Positions 1-9,301 of a stretch of DNA of 34,041 nt are shown piece by piece. This DNA comes from Chloroflexota bacterium (GTDB taxonomy: Bacteria; Chloroflexota; Dehalococcoidia; GIF9; UBA5629): NCBI GenBank assembly GCA_026389715.1, contig JAPLHK010000094.1, positions 21,129 through 55,169 of the forward strand. Reading direction: 5' to 3'. Each line of letters opens with the position of its first letter. Within the stretch, counting starts at the first letter, position 1. A model generated the notes under the pieces. It was not told where the DNA came from and made no database searches. It saw only the letters and a list, made by a program, of their open reading frames with translations. The position numbers and the translations under genes are program-made.

Positions 1-2
1 GG

Positions 3-1904
3 CACACGACTGAAAAATGGCCATACCACCGCTCCCTGGCTGCTGTTAAAAAGTCGCTGGAATGCGCAATGGAAGCAGGTTTCGACCTGCTGCATATCGA
101 CCCCACGGTTGACCGCGAACTACAGCCCGGCCGGGAGCTCGACGTAAACACCATCATTGAGAGGACCGTCCTGCTGATAAAAAGCTGCGAGGCTTACCGT
201 ACAAAAAAGGGGCTGCCCATTATCGCCTATGAGGTTGGAACTGAGGAGGTCCACGGCGGGCTGGCCAACGAGGATATGTTCAATGCTTTCCTCGCAGGAC
301 TGCGCAAAAGGATGAACGAGGAAGGGTTGGCCGATGCCTGGCCATGTCTTATCGTCGGCAAGGTTGGCACTGACCTGGATACTACCATGTTCAGCCCGCA
401 GATAGCAGCGGAGCTTTATAAAACCGCCAGCCGCTACGGCATGGTGCTCAAGGGGCACTATACCGACAACGTGGAAAACCCTGCCGCCTACCCGGCCAGC
501 AAAATGGGCGGCGCTAACGTAGGCCCCGAGTTTACCGAGGTTGAATGTGATGCCCTTTTTGAACTGGAATCAATGGAATCAGCACTGTTGAAAGAAGCGG
601 CTACCAGCTCTTCCCATTTCAGGGAAACCCTGATGGATGCGGTAATCCGCTCCGGGCGCTGGGAAAAATGGCGCCACCCCGATGAGATGGGGAAATCATT
701 CAGCGAACTCTCAGTCGAGAGGCAAAGCTGGCTGCTCAAGACCGGGGCGCGTTATATCTGGACGGACCGTGCGGTGCTGGCAGCCCGCCAGCGGCTTTAC
801 GCGAATGTGAAAAAGGACGGCTTTGACCCCCACGGGTTCGTAGTCGGCCGCATCAGGCAACAGATATTGAAATATTGCCGGGCTTTCAATTTATACAGCA
901 CCATCCCCACACTCGAGGCCGAGTTCGAACGGCGCAGGAAATTGCCCTTTTGGGGAGAAGGACAGGTGCTGGCTGCGGGGGAGATGATAGTGGAGTTGAT
1001 GCGTCCCGCAGCCGGTCAACCGCTTGACGTCACGGGAGAATTTAAAGGTCCTTACCCCAGCGGCGCGCCGGCCAATTTTGCCGATGCCTCCGCCAGGATA
1101 GGCAAACGCACCGGTTTCGTCGGCTCAACCGGCCAGGACAGCTTCGGACAACTGCTGCGCGACAGGTTTAAACGTGACCATATAGATAGCAAGTTAATTG
1201 CTTCCGTAAAAAGAAAAACAACCGGCTGTGCTTTCGTTGCCTACGATAAACAAGGAGGCCGCAAATTCATCTTCCATATTGCCGGCACAGCCTCAGACAG
1301 GCTGCCACCGCCTGCCCGGGCTGCCCGCTATGCCGGATCGTTCCGCCACCTGCACCTGATGGGCTGCTCGCTGGCGGTCAGCCGCTTAATGCGCGAAACC
1401 TGCATAGCCATGGCCCAGGCTGTAAAAAAGGCAGGAGGCAGTGTCAGCCTGGACCCCAACCTCAGGCCAGAACTGCTTTCGGCCGAGGAATGCCGGGGCA
1501 TCCTGCTCCCCGTGGTCAGGCTATCGGATATCGTGCTGCCTAGCAGCGGGGAGGCCAGCCTGCTGGTACATGAAGCGGACAGCGAGAAAGCCTGCCTCCG
1601 GCTTTTAGAGATGGGCGTGAAAGTGGTCGTGCTCAAGCTGGGCGAAAGCGGCTGCCGCGTATTTTCCGCGGACCGCGCCATCGATGTTCCCGGCTTTAAA
1701 GTTAAGGCTGTTGACCCCACGGGAGCGGGGGACTGCTTCGATGCCGGGTTTATCAGCGGCTATATTGATAACCTGACGCTGTACGATACTGCACGCTTGG
1801 CCAACGCCATGGGCGCGCTGGCCACCTCGCGCATGGGCCCTATGGAAGGCGCGTTTAGCCTGCGAGAGGTATTGGCCTTTATGAAAGAGCAGGAACAATA
1901 TTGA
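3..1904 (+). CDS. GatZ/KbaZ-family (tagatose-6-phosphate 4-epimerase-like) domain fused to a C-terminal PfkB sugar kinase; 5'-truncated by the window
   Basis: The frame is open from base 3 (HTTEKWPY...). The N-half has the GatZ/KbaZ-like motifs LHIDPT, YEVGTEEVHGG, KGHYTD and NVGPEFT. The C-half has GEMIVE, GPYPSGAPA, DPNLRP and the PfkB signature DPTGAGDCF. There is no stop between the halves. Confidence 0.85.
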   Translation, partial: HTTEKWPYHRSLAAVKKSLECAMEAGFDLLHIDPTVDRELQPGRELDVNTIIERTVLLIKSCEAYRTKKGLPIIAYEVGTEEVHGGLANEDMFNAFLAGLRKRMNEEGLADAWPCLIVGKVGTDLDTTMFSPQIAAELYKTASRYGMVLKGHYTDNVENPAAYPASKMGGANVGPEFTEVECDALFELESMESALLKEAATSSSHFRETLMDAVIRSGRWEKWRHPDEMGKSFSELSVERQSWLLKTGARYIWTDRAVLAARQRLYANVKKDGFDPHGFVVGRIRQQILKYCRAFNLYSTIPTLEAEFERRRKLPFWGEGQVLAAGEMIVELMRPAAGQPLDVTGEFKGPYPSGAPANFADASARIGKRTGFVGSTGQDSFGQLLRDRFKRDHIDSKLIASVKRKTTGCAFVAYDKQGGRKFIFHIAGTASDRLPPPARAARYAGSFRHLHLMGCSLAVSRLMRETCIAMAQAVKKAGGSVSLDPNLRPELLSAEECRGILLPVVRLSDIVLPSSGEASLLVHEADSEKACLRLLEMGVKVVVLKLGESGCRVFSADRAIDVPGFKVKAVDPTGAGDCFDAGFISGYIDNLTLYDTARLANAMGALATSRMGPMEGAFSLREVLAFMKEQEQY

Positions 1905-1971
1905 CTTACAGGAGATGGTAAATGGAAAAGGTTAAGGGAGAACGCCTCCTGGCAAAGAGGTCATAACAGCT

Positions 1972-2967
1972 ATGAAACAAAAGAAATACGATTTGGTAAC
2001 CTTCGGCGAGGCCATGGTCCGTCTTTCCCCACCCCACTTTCAGCGACTTGAGCAGGCCAATAATCTCGACATCCAGGTGGGAGGCGGTGAATTCAATGTG
2101 GCAGTGGCCGCCTCCAGGCTGGGTCTTAAATGCGCCTGGGTATCAGCGCTGCCCGATAATCCTCTCGGGCGCATGGCACGCAATAAAGCGGCTGAGCAAG
2201 GCATGGATATCTCCCACGTTATTATGCGCCCCAAAGGCCGCCAGGGATTGTATTTCCTGGAGTTCGGCGCCTCCCCGCGGGCAAGCCAGGTGCTCTATGA
2301 CCGCAGCAACTCGTCCATCAGCCTGATTCAACCAACGGATGTCAAGTGGGATAATGTATTAAGCTACTCTGGTGCATTCCACGTCAGCGGTATTACTCCG
2401 GCCCTGAGCAAGTCTGCTGCTGACACAACATTGACAGCGTTGCAAGCTGCAAAAAGAAACGGCTGTGTTGTCAGCTATGATTTAAACTATCGGGCCAAAC
2501 TATGGTCCACTGCCGAGGCACAAAGGTGCCAGACGCCTCTGATGAAGTACGTTGACATTCTCATCACCACTGAGGAAGACACGGACCGGATATTTGGCCT
2601 AAAGGGGAAAAACTTCGATGAAACAGCACGCCGATTGGCGGAAAGCTTCGGTTTCAAAATCGTCGCTATAACCCTGAGGGGTGACCTTTCGGTATGGCGG
2701 AACACCTGGACGGCCATTGCAGCCTCCGGCGGCAAAATTTACCGCGACCGTACCTACGAGGTAGAGATAGTAGACCGGGTAGGCGCCGGCGACTCTTTCG
2801 CAGCCGGTTTCTTATACGGCTATCTGACCTCTGGAATCAAGAAAGGCCTGCAATTCGGCAATGCCGCGGCCGCTCTCAAACATACTATCCCGGGAGACCT
2901 GAACTGGAGCACGCTGCAGGAAGTGACGGCAGTGGTTGGGGGTTCAGGACTGCGCATAGTGAGATAA
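1972..2967 (+). CDS. kdgK: 2-dehydro-3-deoxygluconokinase (PfkB family)
   Basis: Motifs FGEAMVRLSPP, GGGEFNVA, YDRSNS, SGITPALS, DLNYR and DRVGAGDSF; lies immediately upstream of eda. Confidence 0.85.
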   Translation: MKQKKYDLVTFGEAMVRLSPPHFQRLEQANNLDIQVGGGEFNVAVAASRLGLKCAWVSALPDNPLGRMARNKAAEQGMDISHVIMRPKGRQGLYFLEFGASPRASQVLYDRSNSSISLIQPTDVKWDNVLSYSGAFHVSGITPALSKSAADTTLTALQAAKRNGCVVSYDLNYRAKLWSTAEAQRCQTPLMKYVDILITTEEDTDRIFGLKGKNFDETARRLAESFGFKIVAITLRGDLSVWRNTWTAIAASGGKIYRDRTYEVEIVDRVGAGDSFAAGFLYGYLTSGIKKGLQFGNAAAALKHTIPGDLNWSTLQEVTAVVGGSGLRIVR

Positions 2968-2971
2968 GACC

Positions 2972-3673
2972 ATGCCTGATATTGCCGATACGCTTAAAAT
3001 AATCGAAGATTGCGGCCTGGTAGCTGTCATCAGGGCAGGCAGCGCTGAACAGGCCGTGCATATCGCCCTTGCTGTAGCAGCGGGAGGCGTACTGCCCATT
3101 GAGATAACCATGACCGTACCTGGCGCCATAGACGTTATCAGGCAAGCAGCTAAAAAACTGCCGGGCGATATCCTGCTGGGAGCCGGCACGGTACTCGACG
3201 TCAGCACCGCTGTCATGGCAATCAGAGCCGGGGCCGAATTCATCGTAAGCCCATCACTGGAACCCGATATCCTCAAAGTATGCAGGAAAATGGGCAAGGT
3301 TGCCATACCAGGTGTTTTCACCCCAACTGAAATCGTTGCTGCCATCCGCGCCGGCGCAGACATAATCAAGCTATTCCCGGCCTCAATCGGGGGACCTGAC
3401 CTGATCAAAGATCTGCGCGGGCCTTTCCCTGAACTTAAACTGATGCCAACCGGCGGCGTAACACTTGAAAACGCCGGAGATTTTATCCGGGCCGGGGCGG
3501 CGGCGGTAGCCGTGGGTGGTAACCTTGTGAATAAGCAGGCTCTAGCGCAGGGAGATTACGCAACCATAACCGAAACCGCCCGTAAATTTACTGCCGCCAT
3601 TTTGGAAGCCCGGAGACTGACGCCCGGTTTAAATCTGACGGCCCAGACGGATCAGGCGGGCAATTCCGGATAA
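2972..3673 (+). CDS. eda: KDPG/KHG aldolase
   Basis: Motifs VAVIR, IEITMT, GAGTVL, FIVSP, TPTE, Schiff-base KLFPA and MPTGGV. The 3' end overlaps the convergent LarA-like gene by 22 bp. Confidence 0.9.
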   Translation: MPDIADTLKIIEDCGLVAVIRAGSAEQAVHIALAVAAGGVLPIEITMTVPGAIDVIRQAAKKLPGDILLGAGTVLDVSTAVMAIRAGAEFIVSPSLEPDILKVCRKMGKVAIPGVFTPTEIVAAIRAGADIIKLFPASIGGPDLIKDLRGPFPELKLMPTGGVTLENAGDFIRAGAAAVAVGGNLVNKQALAQGDYATITETARKFTAAILEARRLTPGLNLTAQTDQAGNSG

Positions 3674-4974
3674 ATCGCCCCACCCTGGGGGAAAATAATT
3701 ACTTTCGCCTTCGGGTAAATCGCGGCTGCTGTCTTTAACGCCTCGTCGAAATCGCTGAAGAACTGTACACCCGGCAGCATCCCTCGAACCTGGCCGGCGA
3801 TAGTGGGGGCATAGATAAACATCCTGTTCCGCAGCAACGCCCTCAGCATAAAGTAGGTCGAGAAGCGTTCCTCAGGCGAAACTCCCGGCGTCGATATACG
3901 TGAAACCAGCATCCCCAACAACCAGACGATGGGTTTCCAGATAAACGCCGGCAGGCCGGAGAGCCTGAGGTGGGGCACCTTCATATTGCCCAATCCCTCC
4001 TCGCATTTGAGGGCGGCGATAATCACCCCGCCCGGCCTGGCTGAAAACAGCACGTTGGCGGCCGCTTTGATACCCTGCCTGAGATCGATATCCATGGGGA
4101 ACGAGTCAGTGATGACCACATCGGCCTGGGCCGGTATCTTAACTCGGAAAACCTGCCTGGCCAAAATAACTCCCTTCCGGTGAGCACCGATGGGGTCACC
4201 GGCCACAATTCCCACTACCTGCATGCCAGCATTCAGAACCGTGTTAACAATGAAAGTATCACCCTTTAGCATTCCGGCGGCCTGCTCTAAATCAGAGCGC
4301 ATGGGGTTGCTGTCAGGGTCCGTGCCCAAAAGGAAGAAGTACCTGGGATCGGCGCAGATGGCATGGTTACGTGATATGCTTTCCACCCCAGCTACCCCGG
4401 GCAAGATGTTTTTGAGCCCTCCGCCGAAACCGGCATGCGGGTGGGGTTCTATCGTACCTATCAACACGCGAAAATCAGCTTCAGCCACCGTCCTGTTTAT
4501 GTAAACAGGAGTCCCTCTATCTGTTTTGCCTAAGTAAACCATCCGTGCGCCGTCGCGGCAGTCATGGCTCTCCCATTTAACCCTTGCCAGCGCTTCTTTG
4601 CCCACTTTCTTCCCCATGTCATCCAGTTCCATTACCCGGTGCAGGCCTGGAGCGGCAACTAATGTTATATCTTCGCGGTTAACGCCAGCGCTCTCAAGAG
4701 TATCCAGTATCTTGCCGACCAGCAGGTGGGCAGGGGTGGGCCTCGATACGTCATCCACCACGATGGCCACCTTCTTCTTCCCCCTTGCGGCCACATCAAG
4801 GGGCTGGCTGCCGGTTGGCTGAGAAAGCGCTTTTTCCAGAGCCTCAGAGACTTGCGCAACCGGAGTCAATGAGGCCGGGGTAAACCTGCCCATCAATTCC
4901 CAGCCTTCGGGAAGGCTAAAGGCCAGCAAATCCGCCGCACCCCACGGTATTTTTTGCAAATTCGTATCCGACAT
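3652..4974 (-). CDS. Nickel-pincer-dependent lactate racemase (LarA) family protein, substrate unknown
   Basis: DDVSRPTP, GLHR, GKTDRGTP, EPHPHAGFGGGLK, SRNH and RQGIK match LarA-family motifs. Confidence 0.85.
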   Translation of the reverse strand: MSDTNLQKIPWGAADLLAFSLPEGWELMGRFTPASLTPVAQVSEALEKALSQPTGSQPLDVAARGKKKVAIVVDDVSRPTPAHLLVGKILDTLESAGVNREDITLVAAPGLHRVMELDDMGKKVGKEALARVKWESHDCRDGARMVYLGKTDRGTPVYINRTVAEADFRVLIGTIEPHPHAGFGGGLKNILPGVAGVESISRNHAICADPRYFFLLGTDPDSNPMRSDLEQAAGMLKGDTFIVNTVLNAGMQVVGIVAGDPIGAHRKGVILARQVFRVKIPAQADVVITDSFPMDIDLRQGIKAAANVLFSARPGGVIIAALKCEEGLGNMKVPHLRLSGLPAFIWKPIVWLLGMLVSRISTPGVSPEERFSTYFMLRALLRNRMFIYAPTIAGQVRGMLPGVQFFSDFDEALKTAAAIYPKAKVIIFPQGGAIYPELPA

Positions 4975-4990
4975 GGTTTACCTGTCCCGA

Positions 4991-5677
4991 CTAAATTACG
5001 CAGGTTGACCCGGGCTCCAGCACTGCCAGCTTCGCCGACAATTTGATTGACCTCAGTGTTTTGGAATCGAGCACCTTGCCTTTTACCTGGTAGTGCACCG
5101 GCACCACAACTTTCGGTTTTAACTCCTCAGCGAACCTGATGACATCCAGAATCTCCATACCATCCTTACCTATGAAGGGATAGTTGGAACAGGCAACCTG
5201 CAAGAAAGCAACATCAATCTCAATGCCGGTCAGGGCTTTCCTGATAAGTGGGGTATAACGCGTATCGCCACAGAAATAAAAGGTCTGTTCCCCATTGACC
5301 ACAAACCCGATGGCATCCGGGGCGAAGGGATGATCCGCAGGCACAGCCAGTATTTTCAGTCCTTTGTATTCACAGGATTCTCCGGGCAGAAGAGCTTTCA
5401 GATTCTTCAGTCCACGTTTTCTCGCTCTTTCCACGGCTTTTTTCGAGCCGATTATCTCGCTGCCCAGCCTGGCTGCCAGCTTGATAGCAGGGTCCGACCA
5501 GTGGTCGATGTGATTATGAGAGACCAGCATCAAATCCAGGTTATCTATTTTTTCAGGATCCATGGACACCGGCACCGCCCTGATAAACTCGAATTGACCC
5601 CACCAGGGATCAGTCATCATACTGATACCGGACATACGAATAAGCAATGTGCTCTGGCCGATTAAACTGACTTCCAT
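4991..5677 (-). CDS. Metallo-beta-lactamase fold hydrolase (UlaG-like, possible lactonase)
   Basis: Metal-ligand motifs TDPW, SHNHIDH, ADHP, GDT and PVHY. Confidence 0.8.
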   Translation of the reverse strand: MEVSLIGQSTLLIRMSGISMMTDPWWGQFEFIRAVPVSMDPEKIDNLDLMLVSHNHIDHWSDPAIKLAARLGSEIIGSKKAVERARKRGLKNLKALLPGESCEYKGLKILAVPADHPFAPDAIGFVVNGEQTFYFCGDTRYTPLIRKALTGIEIDVAFLQVACSNYPFIGKDGMEILDVIRFAEELKPKVVVPVHYQVKGKVLDSKTLRSIKLSAKLAVLEPGSTCVI

Positions 5678-5687
5678 GCTTTATACC

Positions 5688-6827
5688 TCACGGTGTTATT
5701 ATAGCCTTCATATAAACGTCCGACAGCAGTGCCTCGCCGGCCTGTTCAATTTTATAGCTATGCGTAACTATTTTTTCCAGTGGAATGCCCCTTTTCATGG
5801 CAAGCTCCATCAACTTCAGCGCATTATCGAACGACTGGGGAGGGCACGACCACTGCCCGACCAGGATAACGTCTTTAAAGCAGAGGTGCATAAAAGGATT
5901 TATCGTAGTAGTGCCTGTATCAAGGAAATTACCCAGCTCAACGAACGTACCGCCGCGGCGCAGCATGCTTAGCCCCTGCGGTACAGCATGAGGAGATCCG
6001 GTACAGTCCACCACCATGTCCGGGCCGACCTCGCCCGGCGTAAGAGAAAGCACATAAAACGCACGCTCATCCGCATCCGGCATTTCTTCGATGTTGACGA
6101 TATGGTCAAAGACACCCAATTCTCCAGCCAGTCCTAATCTCTCCTTTATGCCTCCCACAAGTATCACGCGATAAGCGCCTGCCAGCCGCGCGGTAATCCC
6201 GGCTGCCATGCCAATCGGCCCGGAACCAAGGATAACCGCAGTATCTCCCGGTCCAAACCCCTCTTTGAGAACGGGATAGGGCATCATACCCTTGCGAACG
6301 CCGATAGTGGCTGCAAATATGTCGGTGAGCACAGCCACTTTATCCGGCATATCATCCGGGATTTTATATACCCATACTCCGGGCAGCAAGTAGCAGTACT
6401 CAGCATAACCGCCGAAAAGATGCGGCGGATCGGCCGCGCACATGTTCTGGCCATACCCTTTGGCATTAGGACAGAGCGTGGCCGCGTGATTGGACGGCAG
6501 GAAGCGGCAATACCAGCACTCCCCGCAGGGGATTCCTGCATACCAGGTCACACGGTCACCGACCTTGATCTCTCCACCCTGCACGGCCATTTTCCTTTTA
6601 GCTTCGTCACCTATCTCTTCGATGATGCCGAGGTTTTCATGGCCGAGTATCAAAGGACGTTTCACAAAAAGCGGAGCGGGCGGCAGGCCGTGAAAAAGGT
6701 GCTTATCCGTGCCGCAAATGCCGCACATCTTCATCTTTACCAGTGCACTATCTTTAGTAGGAAACGATTGCACCTCAATTTTTTCGAACTCCGTCATAAC
6801 GGCGGCTTTTACTTTATCTGCGGGCAT
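5688..6827 (-). CDS. Zinc-dependent medium-chain alcohol/polyol dehydrogenase
   Basis: CGICGTD, GHE, structural-Zn CGECWYC...C and GSGPIG; GAGG RBS upstream. Confidence 0.9.
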   Translation of the reverse strand: MPADKVKAAVMTEFEKIEVQSFPTKDSALVKMKMCGICGTDKHLFHGLPPAPLFVKRPLILGHENLGIIEEIGDEAKRKMAVQGGEIKVGDRVTWYAGIPCGECWYCRFLPSNHAATLCPNAKGYGQNMCAADPPHLFGGYAEYCYLLPGVWVYKIPDDMPDKVAVLTDIFAATIGVRKGMMPYPVLKEGFGPGDTAVILGSGPIGMAAGITARLAGAYRVILVGGIKERLGLAGELGVFDHIVNIEEMPDADERAFYVLSLTPGEVGPDMVVDCTGSPHAVPQGLSMLRRGGTFVELGNFLDTGTTTINPFMHLCFKDVILVGQWSCPPQSFDNALKLMELAMKRGIPLEKIVTHSYKIEQAGEALLSDVYMKAIITP

Positions 6828-6857
6828 GGATATTAACCTCCTCTGCTATAAATCCTG

Positions 6858-7823
6858 TTACGTATTGGACTTTTTCTTCATCTGGTACTCATAGGCTGCA
6901 ACGGAAGACTGAATGTCGTCTTTGGCCGGCTTCCAGCCCAGCATATCTTTGGCTCGCGAATTGTCAAAGACATAGTCGCGCAGTGCTATTTCCAGATGCT
7001 GGGGTTCTATCGGAGAAACATGCAAAGCAGCTAATACTGCGACTATCGCCCGCGCCACTGCGGCATTTATGATTATGAATTTGGGCGGCTTCCCTGCATG
7101 TTTATAGAGGGCTTCCGCCATAGCTTTTAAAGTCGGAACGTTATCACTGCCAAGGTTCATTATCGCGCCTTTTGACCGTGGATTTTCCAGGGCAAGGAAA
7201 AATGCGTTTGAAACGTCATCAACGTCTACCATCTGCAACCTGGTACTGCCGCCGCCGGGCAGCAGTGTGGCCTTTCCCAGCGAAATCCCCTCCATCTGTG
7301 AGACAAGGAAGGGCTCGTTTTGACCCGGACCGTTGATAGTGGGCGGCCGGAAGACCGTAATGTCCAGGCCCCTTGCTAAATAATCCCGGCAAAGATTCTC
7401 GCTTTCAACTTTATCCCTGCCGTACTGGCAGACCGGTGCAATGGGCGCTGCCTCTGTGCAGGGAACGGGTACAGCTATTCCGTAAACCTCCACAGAAGAA
7501 GTATAAATGAACTTCTTTACCCCGCTCTCCAGTGCGGCCGCCAGCGCATTCTCAGTGCCGCGAACATTCACATCGTGCATCCGCTTCTCGTCCCGCTCGA
7601 ACTGTGCCAGTGCAGCGGCCAGGTGAAATACCGCCCGGCAACCGGCCGTGGCCTGTTTAACTGTGTTGAGATCCGTAACATCACCTATATATTCCCTGAA
7701 GGCAGCATCGCTTATTCCGGAACCTGTGATATCCAACCCGGCAACCTCATGCCCTCTTTCTATGGCAGCCCTGACCATATTCCGGCCGAGGTATCCCGAG
7801 CTCCCCGTTATAAGTATTTTCAT
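6858..7823 (-). CDS. NAD-dependent epimerase/dehydratase (extended SDR)
   Basis: TGSSGYLG, HLAA, SSVEVYG and YGRDK (YxxxK). I chose the ATG at 7823 because AAGGAG lies 6 nt upstream. Confidence 0.85.
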   Translation of the reverse strand: MKILITGSSGYLGRNMVRAAIERGHEVAGLDITGSGISDAAFREYIGDVTDLNTVKQATAGCRAVFHLAAALAQFERDEKRMHDVNVRGTENALAAALESGVKKFIYTSSVEVYGIAVPVPCTEAAPIAPVCQYGRDKVESENLCRDYLARGLDITVFRPPTINGPGQNEPFLVSQMEGISLGKATLLPGGGSTRLQMVDVDDVSNAFFLALENPRSKGAIMNLGSDNVPTLKAMAEALYKHAGKPPKFIIINAAVARAIVAVLAALHVSPIEPQHLEIALRDYVFDNSRAKDMLGWKPAKDDIQSSVAAYEYQMKKKSNT

Positions 7824-7893
7824 ATGCAACTCCTTTTGCGTCGATGCAACACTACGAATTTGTAAACAGGTAGCTTATATCCGGGAAATGGTC

Positions 7894-9192
7894 TCAGGCT
7901 TCAACTTCAAGTTGAACCTTCTCAACCTTGTTGAAATCACGCACATAGAAAAAGGATGCGGCAAAAAATAGCCCTGCTGAAACAACAAGAAATATAGGAA
8001 GCGTCAGCATGGCCGTCTGAAGATTCGAAGCGTCTGAAATCGAACCTATCACGATGGGCCCCAGTGAGCCACCCAGCAGGTTCATACACAGCACTGCAAT
8101 GGCGTAGGACATGCCCCGCAGACCGGGATGTACCACTTCCTGTACCACGGCCAAACCGGCCGGCGCAAAGGTAGTGATCATTACTCCCATAACAATAAGT
8201 ACTGCGTACTGCGCATCGCCGGTTAAGGAGAATGCGGCGAATACCAGCAATGCGGAAATGAGTGTGGTTATGGCGGCAAAGAGCGGGCGGGAGTTCAGCT
8301 TTTTCTTTACCCAGCTGTCCGAAAGGAACCCGCCTATAAAGAAACCCACCATGGAGAGTACCAGCACCAGGCTGGCCCTCAGGCTGGCCTGGTCCTGCGG
8401 CATGCCGCTTATGCGGTGAAAATAGCTGGGGAGCCAGGTAGATATCGCCGTGACTACAAAGATCACACCTGCAAAACCAAGGTAGGTGAGTATCAGAGTC
8501 GGCGTGCCCAGGAATTCTTTTGCCACGTCCTTCGGCTTCATCCTGAACTTGGAAGCCGCTTCAGTGCCGGACCCGGCAACCGTTTTCTCCAGGGGCACCG
8601 ACTTATAGTCCTTGGCAAAGAAGAAAAGGATGGCCGCGATCAAGCCGGGTATGGCAACTATACCGAAGGCGTGCCGCCATCCCAGGTTTACAGCTATGAT
8701 ACCGCCGAGCGCCACACCGATCGCCATGCCCAGCGGCTGCGCCGCATTCCAGATGCCGAATATCCGCGCCCGCTTTTCAAGGGGATAAAGCCAGGAAAGC
8801 ATGGCTGCGCCCGCCGGGCCATAGCCGGCTTCACCGACTCCGATGATCGTCCTGGTGGTGAGCAGTTGCCTGAAATTGAGAACGAAGGCGCCGGCAAACG
8901 AAGCTAAGCTCCAGATAATCGAGAGGATGCCTATACTTTTCTTACGGCTCCAGCGGTCGACCAAAATCGACGCAGGTAAAACGCAGATAACGGCGGCCCA
9001 GTAAAACATTGAGATCAACATACCGCACTCAAAATCGGAAATACCCCAGTCCTTCTGGATATAGGGGAAAAGCGAGGAGATCACCATTCTGTCCGCCTGA
9101 TCACACAGCATCAATATGAATAGAAGAATGAATATATAGTTCCTCTGGCCGTTGGTCACCGTTTGTTCAGTCGCGACTTTATTGTTGTCCAT
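7894..9192 (-). CDS. MFS transporter (Spinster/ACS-like)
   Basis: About 12 hydrophobic segments; DQADR, LVDRWSRK motif A and GVGEA. Confidence 0.9.
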   Translation of the reverse strand: MDNNKVATEQTVTNGQRNYIFILLFILMLCDQADRMVISSLFPYIQKDWGISDFECGMLISMFYWAAVICVLPASILVDRWSRKKSIGILSIIWSLASFAGAFVLNFRQLLTTRTIIGVGEAGYGPAGAAMLSWLYPLEKRARIFGIWNAAQPLGMAIGVALGGIIAVNLGWRHAFGIVAIPGLIAAILFFFAKDYKSVPLEKTVAGSGTEAASKFRMKPKDVAKEFLGTPTLILTYLGFAGVIFVVTAISTWLPSYFHRISGMPQDQASLRASLVLVLSMVGFFIGGFLSDSWVKKKLNSRPLFAAITTLISALLVFAAFSLTGDAQYAVLIVMGVMITTFAPAGLAVVQEVVHPGLRGMSYAIAVLCMNLLGGSLGPIVIGSISDASNLQTAMLTLPIFLVVSAGLFFAASFFYVRDFNKVEKVQLEVEA

Positions 9193-9268
9193 TTAGTAAA
9201 CCTACCTCTCTCTTCGGATTATTACTATTGTTACCGGCATATCACAGATTGGGTCTATAACCTTTCGT

Positions 9269-9297
9269 AAGCTATGAATAGTGTCATTTTATGTCAA
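9269..9297 (-). promoter_or_regulatory. Putative sigma70 promoter for the MFS gene
   Basis: Minus strand reads TTGACA (9297-9292), 17-nt spacer, TAGCTT (9274-9269). Confidence 0.55.
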
Positions 9298-9301
9298 CTA
9301 C

